Below the pieces are notes generated by a model that did no database searches, had not been told where the DNA came from, and worked only from the letters and a program-made list of their open reading frames with translations. A stretch of DNA of 64,000 nt, taken from positions 721 through 64,720 of the forward strand of contig JBPCNX010000025.1 in NCBI GenBank assembly GCA_051000815.1. The letters are read 5' to 3'. Made by a program: the position numbers and the translations under genes. Source of the DNA: Pyrinomonadaceae bacterium (GTDB lineage Bacteria > Acidobacteriota > Blastocatellia > Pyrinomonadales > Pyrinomonadaceae). Within the stretch, counting starts at the first letter, position 1; each line of letters begins with the position of its first letter. Below are positions 1 through 9,656 of this stretch, one piece after another.

Positions 1-948
1 GTCCGTACGCACTAATCGCAGACCTCGGGAACGCAGGGCTATCTCCAGACCGATGTTGCTCATCACGGTGGCGACAACGACCTCATGATTCAAATCACCC
101 CGTGAGTGCAGATAGTTCGCCAACACCCACAGCGTAGCGTCGCCGTCGACGAAGCGCCCGGCTGCATCCACAAACAAAGCGCGATCAGCATCGCCATCAA
201 AAGCGACACCCAGAGTAGCGCCCGTGAGGACCACTCTCTGTTGTAACCCTTCGATGTGAAGTGAGCCGGAGTTGAGGTTTATGTTACGACCATCCGGTTG
301 ATCGTTGATGGTAATTACATGTGCTCCCAGGTGCGCAAACAATTGCGGGGCGAGACCTGACGCGGCGCCGTTCGCCGTGTCTATCACAATGGTTTGCTCT
401 TTGAGGTCCAACCCCGTTCCAATCTCGTCTTCAAGGAAGTCGAGGTACCGTGTCTGCAATTCACGGCTTTGATCCAGGGTCCGGGAAGAAGACTCATGCG
501 GCTGCGATCTCTTCCTGGGCAGTTGCTCGCGGAAAATATCAGCCTCAATCAGACGTTCGGTTTCGTCGTCCAACTTGCGGCCGGATGGCGCGAAGATTTT
601 TACTCCGTTGTCTTGATAAGGGTTGTGAGAAGCGCTGAGTACGACTCCGGCATTGGCGTCAAGAGCACGAGCGAGAAAAGCAACGCCCGGGGTCGTGATC
701 ACACCAGCGGATTTACACTCAGCGCCTGCTTCGGTCGCGCCCTCAATCAAGGCATCTTCCAGCCATTTGCCAGACTCCCGCGTGTCTCGCCCAACAACAA
801 TGAGTGGTGCGCGGCCGGTTCGTTGTCCAAGTCGCGTTGCCAGCGAAGCACCGATAATGGTGACGGTGTTTGCGTCCAGGGGAAAGAGGCCGGCTTCGCC
901 GCGCACACCATCAGTGCCAAAGAGTTTTCGTATTGTTGGAGTTGTCAT
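1..948 (-). CDS. glmM: phosphoglucosamine mutase; 3' end runs off the window, N-terminal ~316 aa present
   Basis: My own translation from the minus-strand ATG at 948-946 gives MTTPTIRKLFGTDGVRGEAG...VVLSASHNPYQDNGVKIF...GVAFDGDADR. It contains the phosphohexomutase active site SASHNP and the Mg loop DGDADR. It is absent from the ORF track because it has no stop in the window. It lies downstream of cdaA-cdaR. Confidence 0.85.
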   Translation of the reverse strand, partial: MTTPTIRKLFGTDGVRGEAGLFPLDANTVTIIGASLATRLGQRTGRAPLIVVGRDTRESGKWLEDALIEGATEAGAECKSAGVITTPGVAFLARALDANAGVVLSASHNPYQDNGVKIFAPSGRKLDDETERLIEADIFREQLPRKRSQPHESSSRTLDQSRELQTRYLDFLEDEIGTGLDLKEQTIVIDTANGAASGLAPQLFAHLGAHVITINDQPDGRNINLNSGSLHIEGLQQRVVLTGATLGVAFDGDADRALFVDAAGRFVDGDATLWVLANYLHSRGDLNHEVVVATVMSNIGLEIALRSRGLRLVRTD

Positions 949-968
949 CCAGTTGCAGGATTACAGAG

Positions 969-1790
969 TCATCGCGATTTGAGCACATTTGATAAAGCAG
1001 AATTACGCCCGCCTTTGGACGCTACCAAACGTGCGCCTAACGCTGAACTCACTGAAGGAGTTGGACTCTTCTTTTCAACTATCTCAATCGCCACATCGAC
1101 GGTGGCGTCAGCCAGGTCGACTTTGGGATCGGAAATATCGATAGCGACGCGCAATACGGTGAAACTTTCTTTCCGACCGGCAATTGAAATGGTTTCCGTT
1201 GGAGCTTGATAAAAATTCTCGACTAAACTTGCCGGCCCACGAACAGTAACCGCGCTCGGCTGAGCGCTGGACCGAAGTAGTTCGTAACCTTCCGCGGGGT
1301 GTCCGGCAACTTTGACCTCCACTGGAAGCTTGCGCTCAAGGTTCGGCTCCAGGCGGATTAGGATTGAGGTGGGCCTAAACGAATCAATCTTGATACCGGT
1401 GGGAAGCTCCATCTGTACACGGTCGCCTGAAAGGCGTACCACCCGTTCACCGGCTTGACTATCGCTGATGTCCACTGTCGCAACGAGATCGAGCAACTTC
1501 ATGCCATTAAGCCGTTCGCGGCTGCCGGTCAGCTCGACATCCACTGTCTTGGGCGGATCGTTGCTGATCTCGAGATTACCGGGCCGGATGAAATTGAGTT
1601 GAACAGCGGTACGAATCGTCCGAGGTTTATTGAGATCTGCGACAGCCAGCCAGAGCACCAAAGTAATTCCCAAGGCAACCAGCTTGAGTCCCCAATCCTC
1701 GATAAACACCTTGCGCAGTAAACGGCCGAGCGTGCCTGGAGATCGCGCCGGTTCAACTACATCAATGTCGTCAACGTCCTGATACGGCAT
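969..1790 (-). CDS. cdaR: YbbR-domain protein (CdaR-like regulator of diadenylate cyclase)
   Basis: 273-aa ORF with one N-terminal TM (LKLVALGITLVLWLAV) followed by repeated beta-rich YbbR-like segments. It lies between cdaA and glmM, as in the conserved operon. Confidence 0.7.
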   Translation of the reverse strand: MPYQDVDDIDVVEPARSPGTLGRLLRKVFIEDWGLKLVALGITLVLWLAVADLNKPRTIRTAVQLNFIRPGNLEISNDPPKTVDVELTGSRERLNGMKLLDLVATVDISDSQAGERVVRLSGDRVQMELPTGIKIDSFRPTSILIRLEPNLERKLPVEVKVAGHPAEGYELLRSSAQPSAVTVRGPASLVENFYQAPTETISIAGRKESFTVLRVAIDISDPKVDLADATVDVAIEIVEKKSPTPSVSSALGARLVASKGGRNSALSNVLKSR

Positions 1791-1942
1791 AGAAAGTTTG
1801 CGATTTACTAATGTCGATTGCCGATTTGCGTTGATCCTTCGCGACGCAAAGGTGGAGAGCGCGAGAAGGACTTCCGGATACCACCAAGCCTTGAAAGTAG
1901 AATCAACTGCCGGCTGCCAACTCCGAACTCCGCACTCCGAAC

Positions 1943-2803
1943 TCAGATAGGCGCCACCTCTTCGGCGTCCGCATCGCCGTCCGGGAGTTTTGCCGGCTCC
2001 TTCTCTTTCGCGCGCCTCACCGGCGTTTCCAACGCCTGAAAAATTGCGGCCCGAAGTTTTGTCGCGTCCAAACCGCGCTTAATTTGGCCGCCCTGGACGA
2101 ACGATATAAGACCCGTCTCTTCAGAAACCACAACGGCAACAGCATCTGTATCTTCTGTGACGCCAATAGCTGCTCGATGTCGCGTGCCGAGATCGCGCGA
2201 TAGCCGCGGGTTCAAAGTCAGCGGTAAAAAGCAGGATGCGGCCGCCACCCGGTGACGCCGCACTACGACCGCCCCATCGTGAAGCGGAGAAGCGGTATTG
2301 AAGATACTGATCACCAAATCGTAACTGAGTTCCGCGTCCAGCTTCACACCGCCGTCGGTCACATTCTTAAGCCCCACGTTGCGCTCAATCACAATCAGAG
2401 CGCCGGTCTTCGTGGAAGCCAGCGTGGTGGCAGCGAGCACAATCTCATCGTACACGCCCTCCCCAAATTGGCCGCTGAACCGGCGTGTAAACGGCATGCG
2501 AAAGCGGTTTCCGAAAGTGATCAGCGCCTGGCGGATTTCAGCCTGAAAAAGGACGATAATCGCCACGCCAATGTAGATGAGACCGCCGCGGAGAATAAAT
2601 TCGAGGGTTGCGAGATCTTGCTTGACGGCTAACCAGTAAAGGAGGGCGAAGGCGCCAATTCCTGCGGCCATCGGGGCGGCGCGAGTTCCCCGCACGAGCT
2701 TCAAAACCGCATACACAACCAAGAAGACAATCACTACGTCCGCGATAGTGCGCGGCTCAGCCAGTCTTCTGAGGTACTCCGTGTATGGCAGTATTAGTAG
2801 CAT
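1943..2803 (-). CDS. cdaA: diadenylate cyclase CdaA (c-di-AMP synthase)
   Basis: 286 aa with three N-terminal TM helices and a DAC domain carrying the motifs PLHDGAVVV and GTRHRAAIGVTE. Confidence 0.85.
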   Translation of the reverse strand: MLLILPYTEYLRRLAEPRTIADVVIVFLVVYAVLKLVRGTRAAPMAAGIGAFALLYWLAVKQDLATLEFILRGGLIYIGVAIIVLFQAEIRQALITFGNRFRMPFTRRFSGQFGEGVYDEIVLAATTLASTKTGALIVIERNVGLKNVTDGGVKLDAELSYDLVISIFNTASPLHDGAVVVRRHRVAAASCFLPLTLNPRLSRDLGTRHRAAIGVTEDTDAVAVVVSEETGLISFVQGGQIKRGLDATKLRAAIFQALETPVRRAKEKEPAKLPDGDADAEEVAPI

Positions 2804-2888
2804 CTCTTGATTTCAAACTCTCGATTGGGGATTTGCGATTTAGAAATGACAATTTAGTTTCACCAGAACGAATCGAAATCCCCGCTGC

Positions 2889-3836
2889 TCAGCCCATGTG
2901 CTCCGGCACAACGTCGGGTTCACTGCTTTCGCTGTCGCGCGCAACTTCCAGAAAAATTTTTTCCACCTTTGGCTCCGCGCGATGAATCAGGTCTTCAATC
3001 TCTTCGATAGTTTTCACGATGTCGCCGGTCAACAGATCATCACGCAGGTTTACGTGAGCATTGATCAAGATTTGTTTTGGCGCCAGGTGCATGGTCAATA
3101 GCTCAACAACCTTAACTACGTTTGGATGGGTCTCAATTGCCTGTTTGATTGCCTGCACAGCCTTCGCATTCGCCGCTTCTCCCAGCAGCAATCCCCGTGA
3201 AGAACGGGCGAGTACAAAAGCCACCACGGCCAGCACAAGGCCGATGGTAATTGACGCCAATCCATCCCAGTAGGCGCCATCTCCCGGGCCCGTGTGGTGG
3301 TCAGTTAGGTAGATGCCGATTCCGGCAATCACGATCCCGAGCAATGCCGCGGAATCTTCAAAGATGACTGTCTTCGCTGTTGGATCTTTCGATTCGCGAA
3401 GATATGCAAAGAACGTCAGGCCTTCGTGGTGCGCCTCTCTTACTTCCTGGTAAATTGCCAGGCCGATCGAGCCGGCTTCAAGCACGAAGGAAATTCCCAG
3501 GACCCAATAGGCCCACTCAAGATTCTCCGGCGGATGCGGGTGTCTCAGTTTGGCGACGCCTTCGTAAATCGCGTATGTCGCGCCAACGCCGAAGATGAAT
3601 ATGGCAGCTATGAAAGACCAGAAGAAGCGTTCTTTTCCGTATCCGAAGGGATGCTTCTCGGAAGCAGGACGCTTATAGAACCGCAATCCCAGGAGCAGGA
3701 AGACCTGATTCGTGGTGTCGGCGAGCGAGTGAAGTGACTCTGCCATCATTCCCGACGAGCCGGTCATGACAGCCGCCATAAACTTCAAAACCGTGATCAG
3801 CCCGTTTGCAAAGAGCGCCCCGAGCACCGCCAACAT
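2889..3836 (-). CDS. cation diffusion facilitator family metal efflux transporter
   Basis: 315 aa with six predicted TM helices. It has HSLADTTNQ in TM2 and a C-terminal cytoplasmic alpha/beta domain (VVELLTMHLAPKQILINAHV), which is typical CDF architecture. Confidence 0.75.
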   Translation of the reverse strand: MLAVLGALFANGLITVLKFMAAVMTGSSGMMAESLHSLADTTNQVFLLLGLRFYKRPASEKHPFGYGKERFFWSFIAAIFIFGVGATYAIYEGVAKLRHPHPPENLEWAYWVLGISFVLEAGSIGLAIYQEVREAHHEGLTFFAYLRESKDPTAKTVIFEDSAALLGIVIAGIGIYLTDHHTGPGDGAYWDGLASITIGLVLAVVAFVLARSSRGLLLGEAANAKAVQAIKQAIETHPNVVKVVELLTMHLAPKQILINAHVNLRDDLLTGDIVKTIEEIEDLIHRAEPKVEKIFLEVARDSESSEPDVVPEHMG

Positions 3837-3989
3837 AGAGAGATTCCCTCTGGAAGAAATTGTTGCTCCGCACGGATTATCGCGGAAAATAAAGCGTGAG
3901 GCAATGCTGAGGGGATAACGGTACCGAGTGCAGTTTGGTCAGGAGAGGATCGTTATCACTTCCGAGGTGAAGTGTGACGCTGGCTTATT

Positions 3990-5153
3990 TCAAGCGCGAG
4001 CGCGAGGTTTCAGTCTTCCGTTCTGCAGGAATCCCACCAGCTCGCCTTTGTCATTGACTACCGCGAGCGAACCGACGCCGTTGCTCTTCATCAATTGTCG
4101 TGCGTATTCGAGGGTGGCTGAAGGCTCAACGAAAAAACGCGGCGCGATTGGACGCATTACTTCGCGCGCACGAGTCAGCCGCCAACGCTCGCGCGGCAGA
4201 GACTTTAGATCTTCCAGCGAGAGAATCCCATATAGTTGTTGTTTCAAAGCTACGGGAAAACTCGTCTGGCGATGGAGCGGAAGAAAGTCGTCGATCAGTT
4301 GAGTGATGGTCAACTCCGGTTCGATTGCAATTGGCGCCGACATCGCTTCACGGACCGTCACCAGCTGGGTGCCTTGAGCGCTCTTCACAACCTTTGCGGC
4401 AGTATCCAGCAAAAACAAACCGACGACGATCGACCAGATTCCCATGAAGTAAGGTTGGGCCGGCTTCCAGTTCGGAGCAATCATGATGTAAACGCCAAAC
4501 AGAATGACGGTTCCCGCGATCAGCACGCCACAGATTCCCGCCATGCGAGTCGCCTGGGAAATGTTGCCGCTATTGCGCCAGAGGATTGCGCGTAAAACCC
4601 GGCCGCCATCGAGTGGGTAACCAGGTAACAGATTAAAAACCGCCAGCAACAAATTTCCCCAAGCCAAAAAATAGAAAACGACAATTGTGGCGACGTAGTC
4701 TCCCAGCGCAGCGACTTTAGCTCCGCCAAACGCCAGTATCGCGATGATAAAACTCGCGGCCGGACCGGCTACGGCAATGCGGAACTCAGCGCGCGGATTC
4801 TGAGGCTCACTACGCAAGCGCGCCAGACCGCCAAAGGGGTGCAGCACAATTTCTTCGATTTCAATTCCTTCGAAGCGTGCCATCAGCGCGTGCGATAACT
4901 CATGGCCAAAAACCGAGATGAACAGACCGGCAGTGGTTATGATGCCCAGAAGCCAGGCGGTCGCCGGCGCCAGTGGCGGCAGATGAAAACCTCCGAGTTG
5001 AATTGCGTTACTTTGCAGGTTTCGAGCGATGAGCCAGGAGCTTAAGCCCACCACGATGAACCAGCGATAATCAATGCGAACGGGAATGCCATAAACCCGG
5101 GCGACTGTGAACTGCTTTTTGAAGATTGCGCTAAGATTCATGGACGCTTTCAA
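3990..5153 (-). CDS. site-2 protease family (M50) metalloprotease with C-terminal CBS pair
   Basis: 387 aa with HELSHAL (HExxH) in a TM helix and the second M50 motif NLLPGYPLDGG. The C-terminal ~120 aa look like CBS domains. Confidence 0.85.
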   Translation of the reverse strand: MKASMNLSAIFKKQFTVARVYGIPVRIDYRWFIVVGLSSWLIARNLQSNAIQLGGFHLPPLAPATAWLLGIITTAGLFISVFGHELSHALMARFEGIEIEEIVLHPFGGLARLRSEPQNPRAEFRIAVAGPAASFIIAILAFGGAKVAALGDYVATIVVFYFLAWGNLLLAVFNLLPGYPLDGGRVLRAILWRNSGNISQATRMAGICGVLIAGTVILFGVYIMIAPNWKPAQPYFMGIWSIVVGLFLLDTAAKVVKSAQGTQLVTVREAMSAPIAIEPELTITQLIDDFLPLHRQTSFPVALKQQLYGILSLEDLKSLPRERWRLTRAREVMRPIAPRFFVEPSATLEYARQLMKSNGVGSLAVVNDKGELVGFLQNGRLKPRARA

Positions 5154-5192
5154 AATTAAATGAGGGTGAAGGTTTCGCCGCGCGTGACCATG

Positions 5193-6302
5193 TTAATCAA
5201 AGGTTTCGAGGACCGTGTCCTGGAGATTAATCAGAGGGTGCGGCTCGGTTCGGGCAACGCGCCGCAGTAGCAGTGGTTCATCGTACATCTGCGAAAGGCC
5301 ACGCACAATTGCCAGGCGGGGCTCATCAGCAACCATCACCGTCAGGCCAATCTCTTTTTGCAGATACTGGGCTAATCCCTCAAGCAGTGCTCCGCCGCCC
5401 GTAAGGATTAATCCTCGGTCATAAATATCTCCAGCGACTTCCGCCGGCAGTTCAGTGAGTGTCGTGCGGACTTCCTCGGCGATGCGCCGAATAATCGGCA
5501 GTGTCACCGAGTAGACTTCGCTTACGTTAACGTTGACGGCTCCAGGGCTACCAGTCTGCACGTCTCGCCCTCTTACCTCCATTTTCCGGTGTGAATCCTT
5601 TGGTTCCAAAGCCGAGCTGAGTTCAAGCTTAATCTTTTCCGCTGTAGGAATGCCGATGGTCAAACCCCGGTGCCGGCGCAACCGATCCATGATTGCGGCA
5701 TCGATGTCAGAACTGCCGACTCTTTCCGCGCGCGCGGCAATGATCGCGCCGTTTACAATCGCTGCCACGTTCGTCGTGCCGGCGCCAACGTCAACCACCG
5801 CCGAAGCATGGGGATCGTCAACAGCCACGCCCGCTCCAATTGCCGCCGCGAGTCCTTCTTCCACCATGTAGACCCGTCCGATGTGCGCCGCTTCAGCAGC
5901 ACTAAGCAGGGCACGCTGCTCCACCTGAGTCACGCCGGACAGCACGCTCATGATCGCGCGCCGACTGAAGTGGGAGATCCCGCTGCGCGCCTCTTGCACA
6001 AAATGATCCAGCATCGCGCGCGTGGTTTCGAAGTCAGCCACCACCCCATCAATCAACGGCGCTATCACAGTAACGTCACGTGCTTCACGTCCCTGCATTT
6101 TTTGCGCTTCGAGTCCGACTGCCAACACGTCGCCGGACATTTTGTCGACAGCCACCAGCGATGGTTCGTCAATCACGACGCCGCGTCCCCTTACAGAGAC
6201 GATCGTGCTGGCGGATCCCATGTCTATGGCCATCGAATCAGACACGAGATTGCGCAGGGCGGTGAGACCCATGAACGAGCTAGTCTTGCTCATAAACGAC
6301 AT
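5193..6302 (-). CDS. mreB: MreB/Mbl-family actin-like ATPase
   Basis: 369 aa with the phosphate-1 motif AIDMGSASTIV, DVGAGTTNVA and LTGGGALLEGL. There is no mreC or mreD next to it. Confidence 0.7.
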   Translation of the reverse strand: MSFMSKTSSFMGLTALRNLVSDSMAIDMGSASTIVSVRGRGVVIDEPSLVAVDKMSGDVLAVGLEAQKMQGREARDVTVIAPLIDGVVADFETTRAMLDHFVQEARSGISHFSRRAIMSVLSGVTQVEQRALLSAAEAAHIGRVYMVEEGLAAAIGAGVAVDDPHASAVVDVGAGTTNVAAIVNGAIIAARAERVGSSDIDAAIMDRLRRHRGLTIGIPTAEKIKLELSSALEPKDSHRKMEVRGRDVQTGSPGAVNVNVSEVYSVTLPIIRRIAEEVRTTLTELPAEVAGDIYDRGLILTGGGALLEGLAQYLQKEIGLTVMVADEPRLAIVRGLSQMYDEPLLLRRVARTEPHPLINLQDTVLETFD

Positions 6303-6410
6303 GTGGGTTCAAAGACAAATGGTGAAAGCAACGGACTCCTTGACCTCGTCCGGTCGCTATTCACCATTCAGTTCCGTCCTCCTTGCCAGGGGTACCACGT
6401 ATTTCCTGTA

Positions 6411-8081
6411 TTACAGTCCACCACTGGAGCGTTGCCAATCAACCTCAAAAAGAATGACAGGTTGTTCGCGGTTTTTCACGGTTATTGGGTCACGCTTCTT
6501 CATCCGATAACGGTTGCCTCCGGCTTTGGCAGTCGCCTCGCTAATCAGAATCTCGCCGCCGCGAGCATTGGATTCGAGTCGCGACGCGGTATTAACTGCA
6601 TCGCCAATCGCTGTGTATTCGGAGCGTCGTTCGGAACCAATGTAACCAACCGTTACCTCGCCGGTATGCAAACCAATCCCGACGCCGATCTCCACCAGGC
6701 CTTCTCCTCGTAGCTCCTGGTTGAAGCCGATGATGCGGCGCTGCATCGCCACGGCGGCGTTGAGAGCATTGGACGCATCTTCGGGGGTCGTGGTGGGGGC
6801 CCCAAAAAGGGCCATCAGTCCATCACCAAGATATTTATCCAACGTTCCGCCGTGAGCGAAAATAATGTCGGTCATTGCGGAGAAGTACCTATTGAGGAGA
6901 CCGACAATCTTCTCAGGTGGTGCGTGTTCAGAGATGCGGGTGAATCCGCGGATGTCGGCAAAGAGCACAGTGATCGTTTGATTTACCCCACCGAGTTTGA
7001 ACGACTCGGGATTGTGCAGCATCTGCTTAACGACATACTCGGGGAGAAACCGGCTGTAGTTCGCGCGCGCTACTTCTTCTCGCGCTAGTCGTTCGTGCGC
7101 GCGGGCGTTTTCCACGGCGATGGCCGTTTGCGCGGCCACGGCGCTGATCAGTTCCAGGTCGTCCGGCTTAAAAGAGGCAAAGGGGTCAAGTCGATCCGCA
7201 TAAAGAGCGCCGTGCACTCGCGACTCTGCCACAAGCGGCGCGCAAATCGTCGAGCGCACACCCTGCGAAACGATTGAGTCGACTCCGGCAAACTCCTCGT
7301 CCGAGGCCGCGTCCTGAGAAAGGAGAGCCACGCGATCGCGCATTACCTTCCTGGTGATGGTGCGGCCGATACTGAGTTTGCGCGCATGATCGTCCAATCG
7401 TTCATCGCGAGCCCGCATGGCGATTGGAGTCAGTTTCACGTCCTCGACATCGCCATTACCAGTGTCTTCAGCCAGTAGGGCGACGACTCGATCGGCTGGC
7501 GTGGCTCGGAAGATGACATCTGTAGCCTTGGCAAAGATCGCATCCAGATTAAACTCCGAGCCGAGGGTCTTGCTCATTTCGTACAGAGCGCTGAGGATAT
7601 TGGCCTTACGCTGAAGCGTATCGAGCATTTTGTCCCGCACTGGGACCTGCGTCGAGGTGCTCGTTTTTTCTGGCAGCACACTGCTAATCACGTCGTTGGC
7701 CGAGATCAGCAGTTGTGTGTGTCCCAGTGGTCTATCGTCGTAACGGACTTCGCTGGTGCGTTCCTCTACCGTCTGTTCAAAGCGCAGGGTGCTTGCGCCA
7801 ATTGTGATGCGATCACCATTCTTCAGTTCACACTCCGGCTGTGGCTCGCCATTAACAAACACTTTGTTGGCACTACGACGCAGTTGGCCATTGATGACGG
7901 CGCCGTCGATGATGATGAACTGGCCATCTTCCGACGTTATATGCGCGTGGTAACGAGAGGCTCGGGGATCATCGATTACCACTGCGTTGTCAGGCGCGCG
8001 CCCGATCTTGCACACGCCCTGTGCGGGAAAGTTATACTGCCATTGGCGGCCGCTGGCGTCAGTGATCTTAAGAAGAGCCAT
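6411..8081 (-). CDS. FHA-GAF-class III adenylate/guanylate cyclase
   Basis: 556 aa. The N-terminal FHA domain reads CKIGRAPDNAVVIDDPRASRYHAHI...ITIGASTLRF. A central GAF-like region follows. The C-terminal cyclase domain carries VLFADIRGFT, LGDGLMALFGAP and GDAVNTASRLES. Confidence 0.85.
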   Translation of the reverse strand: MALLKITDASGRQWQYNFPAQGVCKIGRAPDNAVVIDDPRASRYHAHITSEDGQFIIIDGAVINGQLRRSANKVFVNGEPQPECELKNGDRITIGASTLRFEQTVEERTSEVRYDDRPLGHTQLLISANDVISSVLPEKTSTSTQVPVRDKMLDTLQRKANILSALYEMSKTLGSEFNLDAIFAKATDVIFRATPADRVVALLAEDTGNGDVEDVKLTPIAMRARDERLDDHARKLSIGRTITRKVMRDRVALLSQDAASDEEFAGVDSIVSQGVRSTICAPLVAESRVHGALYADRLDPFASFKPDDLELISAVAAQTAIAVENARAHERLAREEVARANYSRFLPEYVVKQMLHNPESFKLGGVNQTITVLFADIRGFTRISEHAPPEKIVGLLNRYFSAMTDIIFAHGGTLDKYLGDGLMALFGAPTTTPEDASNALNAAVAMQRRIIGFNQELRGEGLVEIGVGIGLHTGEVTVGYIGSERRSEYTAIGDAVNTASRLESNARGGEILISEATAKAGGNRYRMKKRDPITVKNREQPVILFEVDWQRSSGGL

Positions 8082-8360
8082 GAGTAAAGAGTGTCCGAAT
8101 TCTTGCGCGAGAGTCTGGGTGCCTCAAATTAGGTAGTTGTTTGTGGGCAAGTAATTCTACAAGCAACTCTGTTTCGATCCTACCAGCGGAAAGAGATGCT
8201 GACAACATAATCGTCCGCATCAGTGATGACCTGGTTCAGCCTTCGTAACGCAAATTGTCAGTTTGCGCACAAGCTGGCGGTTTTCCTTACGTCTGACAGT
8301 AAGACGACTGTCCCTGCCGATGAATTGTGCGTAATTAAGCTCGGCACGTTTCAACTATAG

Positions 8361-9584
8361 ATGCCTGTTACATCAATTACGGCTATCCAGGAATTACTGG
8401 GATCTCCTGCTGTGCGAGCGGCGTTTCAGTTCTTTGAGTCACACGCCGAGGAAATTACTGCGGAGCAAATCAGCATCTGTTCCATCCCCGCGCCTCCCTT
8501 TGGCGAGGCGGAGCGAGGTGAATACTTGCGGCGGAAACTCGTCGGCAGTGGTCTGGCGGATGCTGAGATTGACGAGGTGGGGAACTGTGTTGTGTTGCGC
8601 AAGGGTCGCTCGTTATCACGGTTGTTGGTTGTGAGCGCTCATCTCGATACGGTCTTCCCCGCGGAAACTGATTTAACCTTGCGACGAAATAATGGTCGCT
8701 TGATGGCTCCCGGTATATCGGACGACGGTTGCGGTCTGGCGGCGCTGCTTGCGATCGCTCAGGCGCTCGCAGCAACTGGAATCGAGACTGACGGTTCGAT
8801 TTTGTTTGTTGGCACTGTCGGCGAAGAAGGTGCAGGAAACTTACGAGGCGTGCGCCACTTGCTGACAGAAGGAAAATGGGCGAAGCGAATCGACGCCTTT
8901 ATCAGTTTCGACGGCGCTGGTATAGACCAAATTACAAACGGCGCGCTCGGTTCGCGCCGCTATCGCGTTCAACTCCGCGGAACAGGCGGACACTCCTGGG
9001 GAGATTTCGGCGTCCCTAATCCTGTCCACGGTCTAGGCCGGGCAATTTCCCGTCTTGCTTCTTACCCAGCGCCCCTCGAACCGCGAACAACATTCAACGT
9101 AGGCCGCATTGAAGGCGGCTCCAGCATTAATGCAATTCCCAGCGAAGCCTCGATGGAAGTGGACCTGCGCTCAGTTAGCAAATCCGAATTGCTGAGGCTT
9201 GACGCCTTCTTTCGCCGGACTATTCGGGAAGCAGTGGAGCAGGAAAACGCGGCCCGACGCAGGGACACTCGGCCGCTCGGTCTCAACTTGAGCTTAATTG
9301 GAGAGCGGCCCAGTGGTGAAACTCCTGTCGAAGCCTTTATTGTAGAACTAGCCTTGAACGCGACGCGCGCGCTGGGCTTCACGCCTGTTCTCGAACTCGC
9401 TTCAACCGATTCCAACGTACCGATCGCCCTCGGCATTCCTGCGATTACTCTCGGTGCGGGAGGGACCGCCGGGAATCCTCACACACTCGACGAGTGGTTT
9501 GACCCAAGCCATCGTGACCTTGGTCTGAAGAGAGGGCTGCTTGTGGTTTTAGGGCTGGTGGGAATGAGAAACGGGGAACTCTAG
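8361..9584 (+). CDS. M20 family metallopeptidase (peptidase T / ArgE-DapE-like)
   Basis: 407 aa with the metal-ligand motifs SAHLDTV, GISDDGCGLAALL and VGEEGAGNLRG. Confidence 0.8.
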   Translation: MPVTSITAIQELLGSPAVRAAFQFFESHAEEITAEQISICSIPAPPFGEAERGEYLRRKLVGSGLADAEIDEVGNCVVLRKGRSLSRLLVVSAHLDTVFPAETDLTLRRNNGRLMAPGISDDGCGLAALLAIAQALAATGIETDGSILFVGTVGEEGAGNLRGVRHLLTEGKWAKRIDAFISFDGAGIDQITNGALGSRRYRVQLRGTGGHSWGDFGVPNPVHGLGRAISRLASYPAPLEPRTTFNVGRIEGGSSINAIPSEASMEVDLRSVSKSELLRLDAFFRRTIREAVEQENAARRRDTRPLGLNLSLIGERPSGETPVEAFIVELALNATRALGFTPVLELASTDSNVPIALGIPAITLGAGGTAGNPHTLDEWFDPSHRDLGLKRGLLVVLGLVGMRNGEL

Positions 9585-9604
9585 AACCGCGCAAGGAAAA
9601 AGAT

Positions 9605-9636
9605 AAAGGGAACTGAGATCGCCCCTCGTTCCCTTT
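9605..9636. terminator. 9-bp-stem hairpin between convergent genes
   Basis: aaagggaac (9605-9613) pairs with gttcccttt (9628-9636). It lies between the stops of the M20 peptidase (+) and the DUF4388 gene (-). Confidence 0.45.
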
Positions 9637-9656
9637 ACCAGCGCTTTGCGGACTTG

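Noticed and set aside
394-1209. 271-aa plus-strand ORF, plus smaller ORFs at 450-638 and 653-982
   Set aside because: These ORFs are antisense to an unmistakable GlmM reading frame (SASHNP, DGDADR). Their translations are Arg/Ser-rich and match no family.
5670-6713. 347-aa plus-strand ORF
   Set aside because: It runs antisense across the mreB-like gene and the 3' end of the cyclase gene. It has His/Arg-rich low-complexity composition, typical of a shadow ORF in GC-rich DNA.
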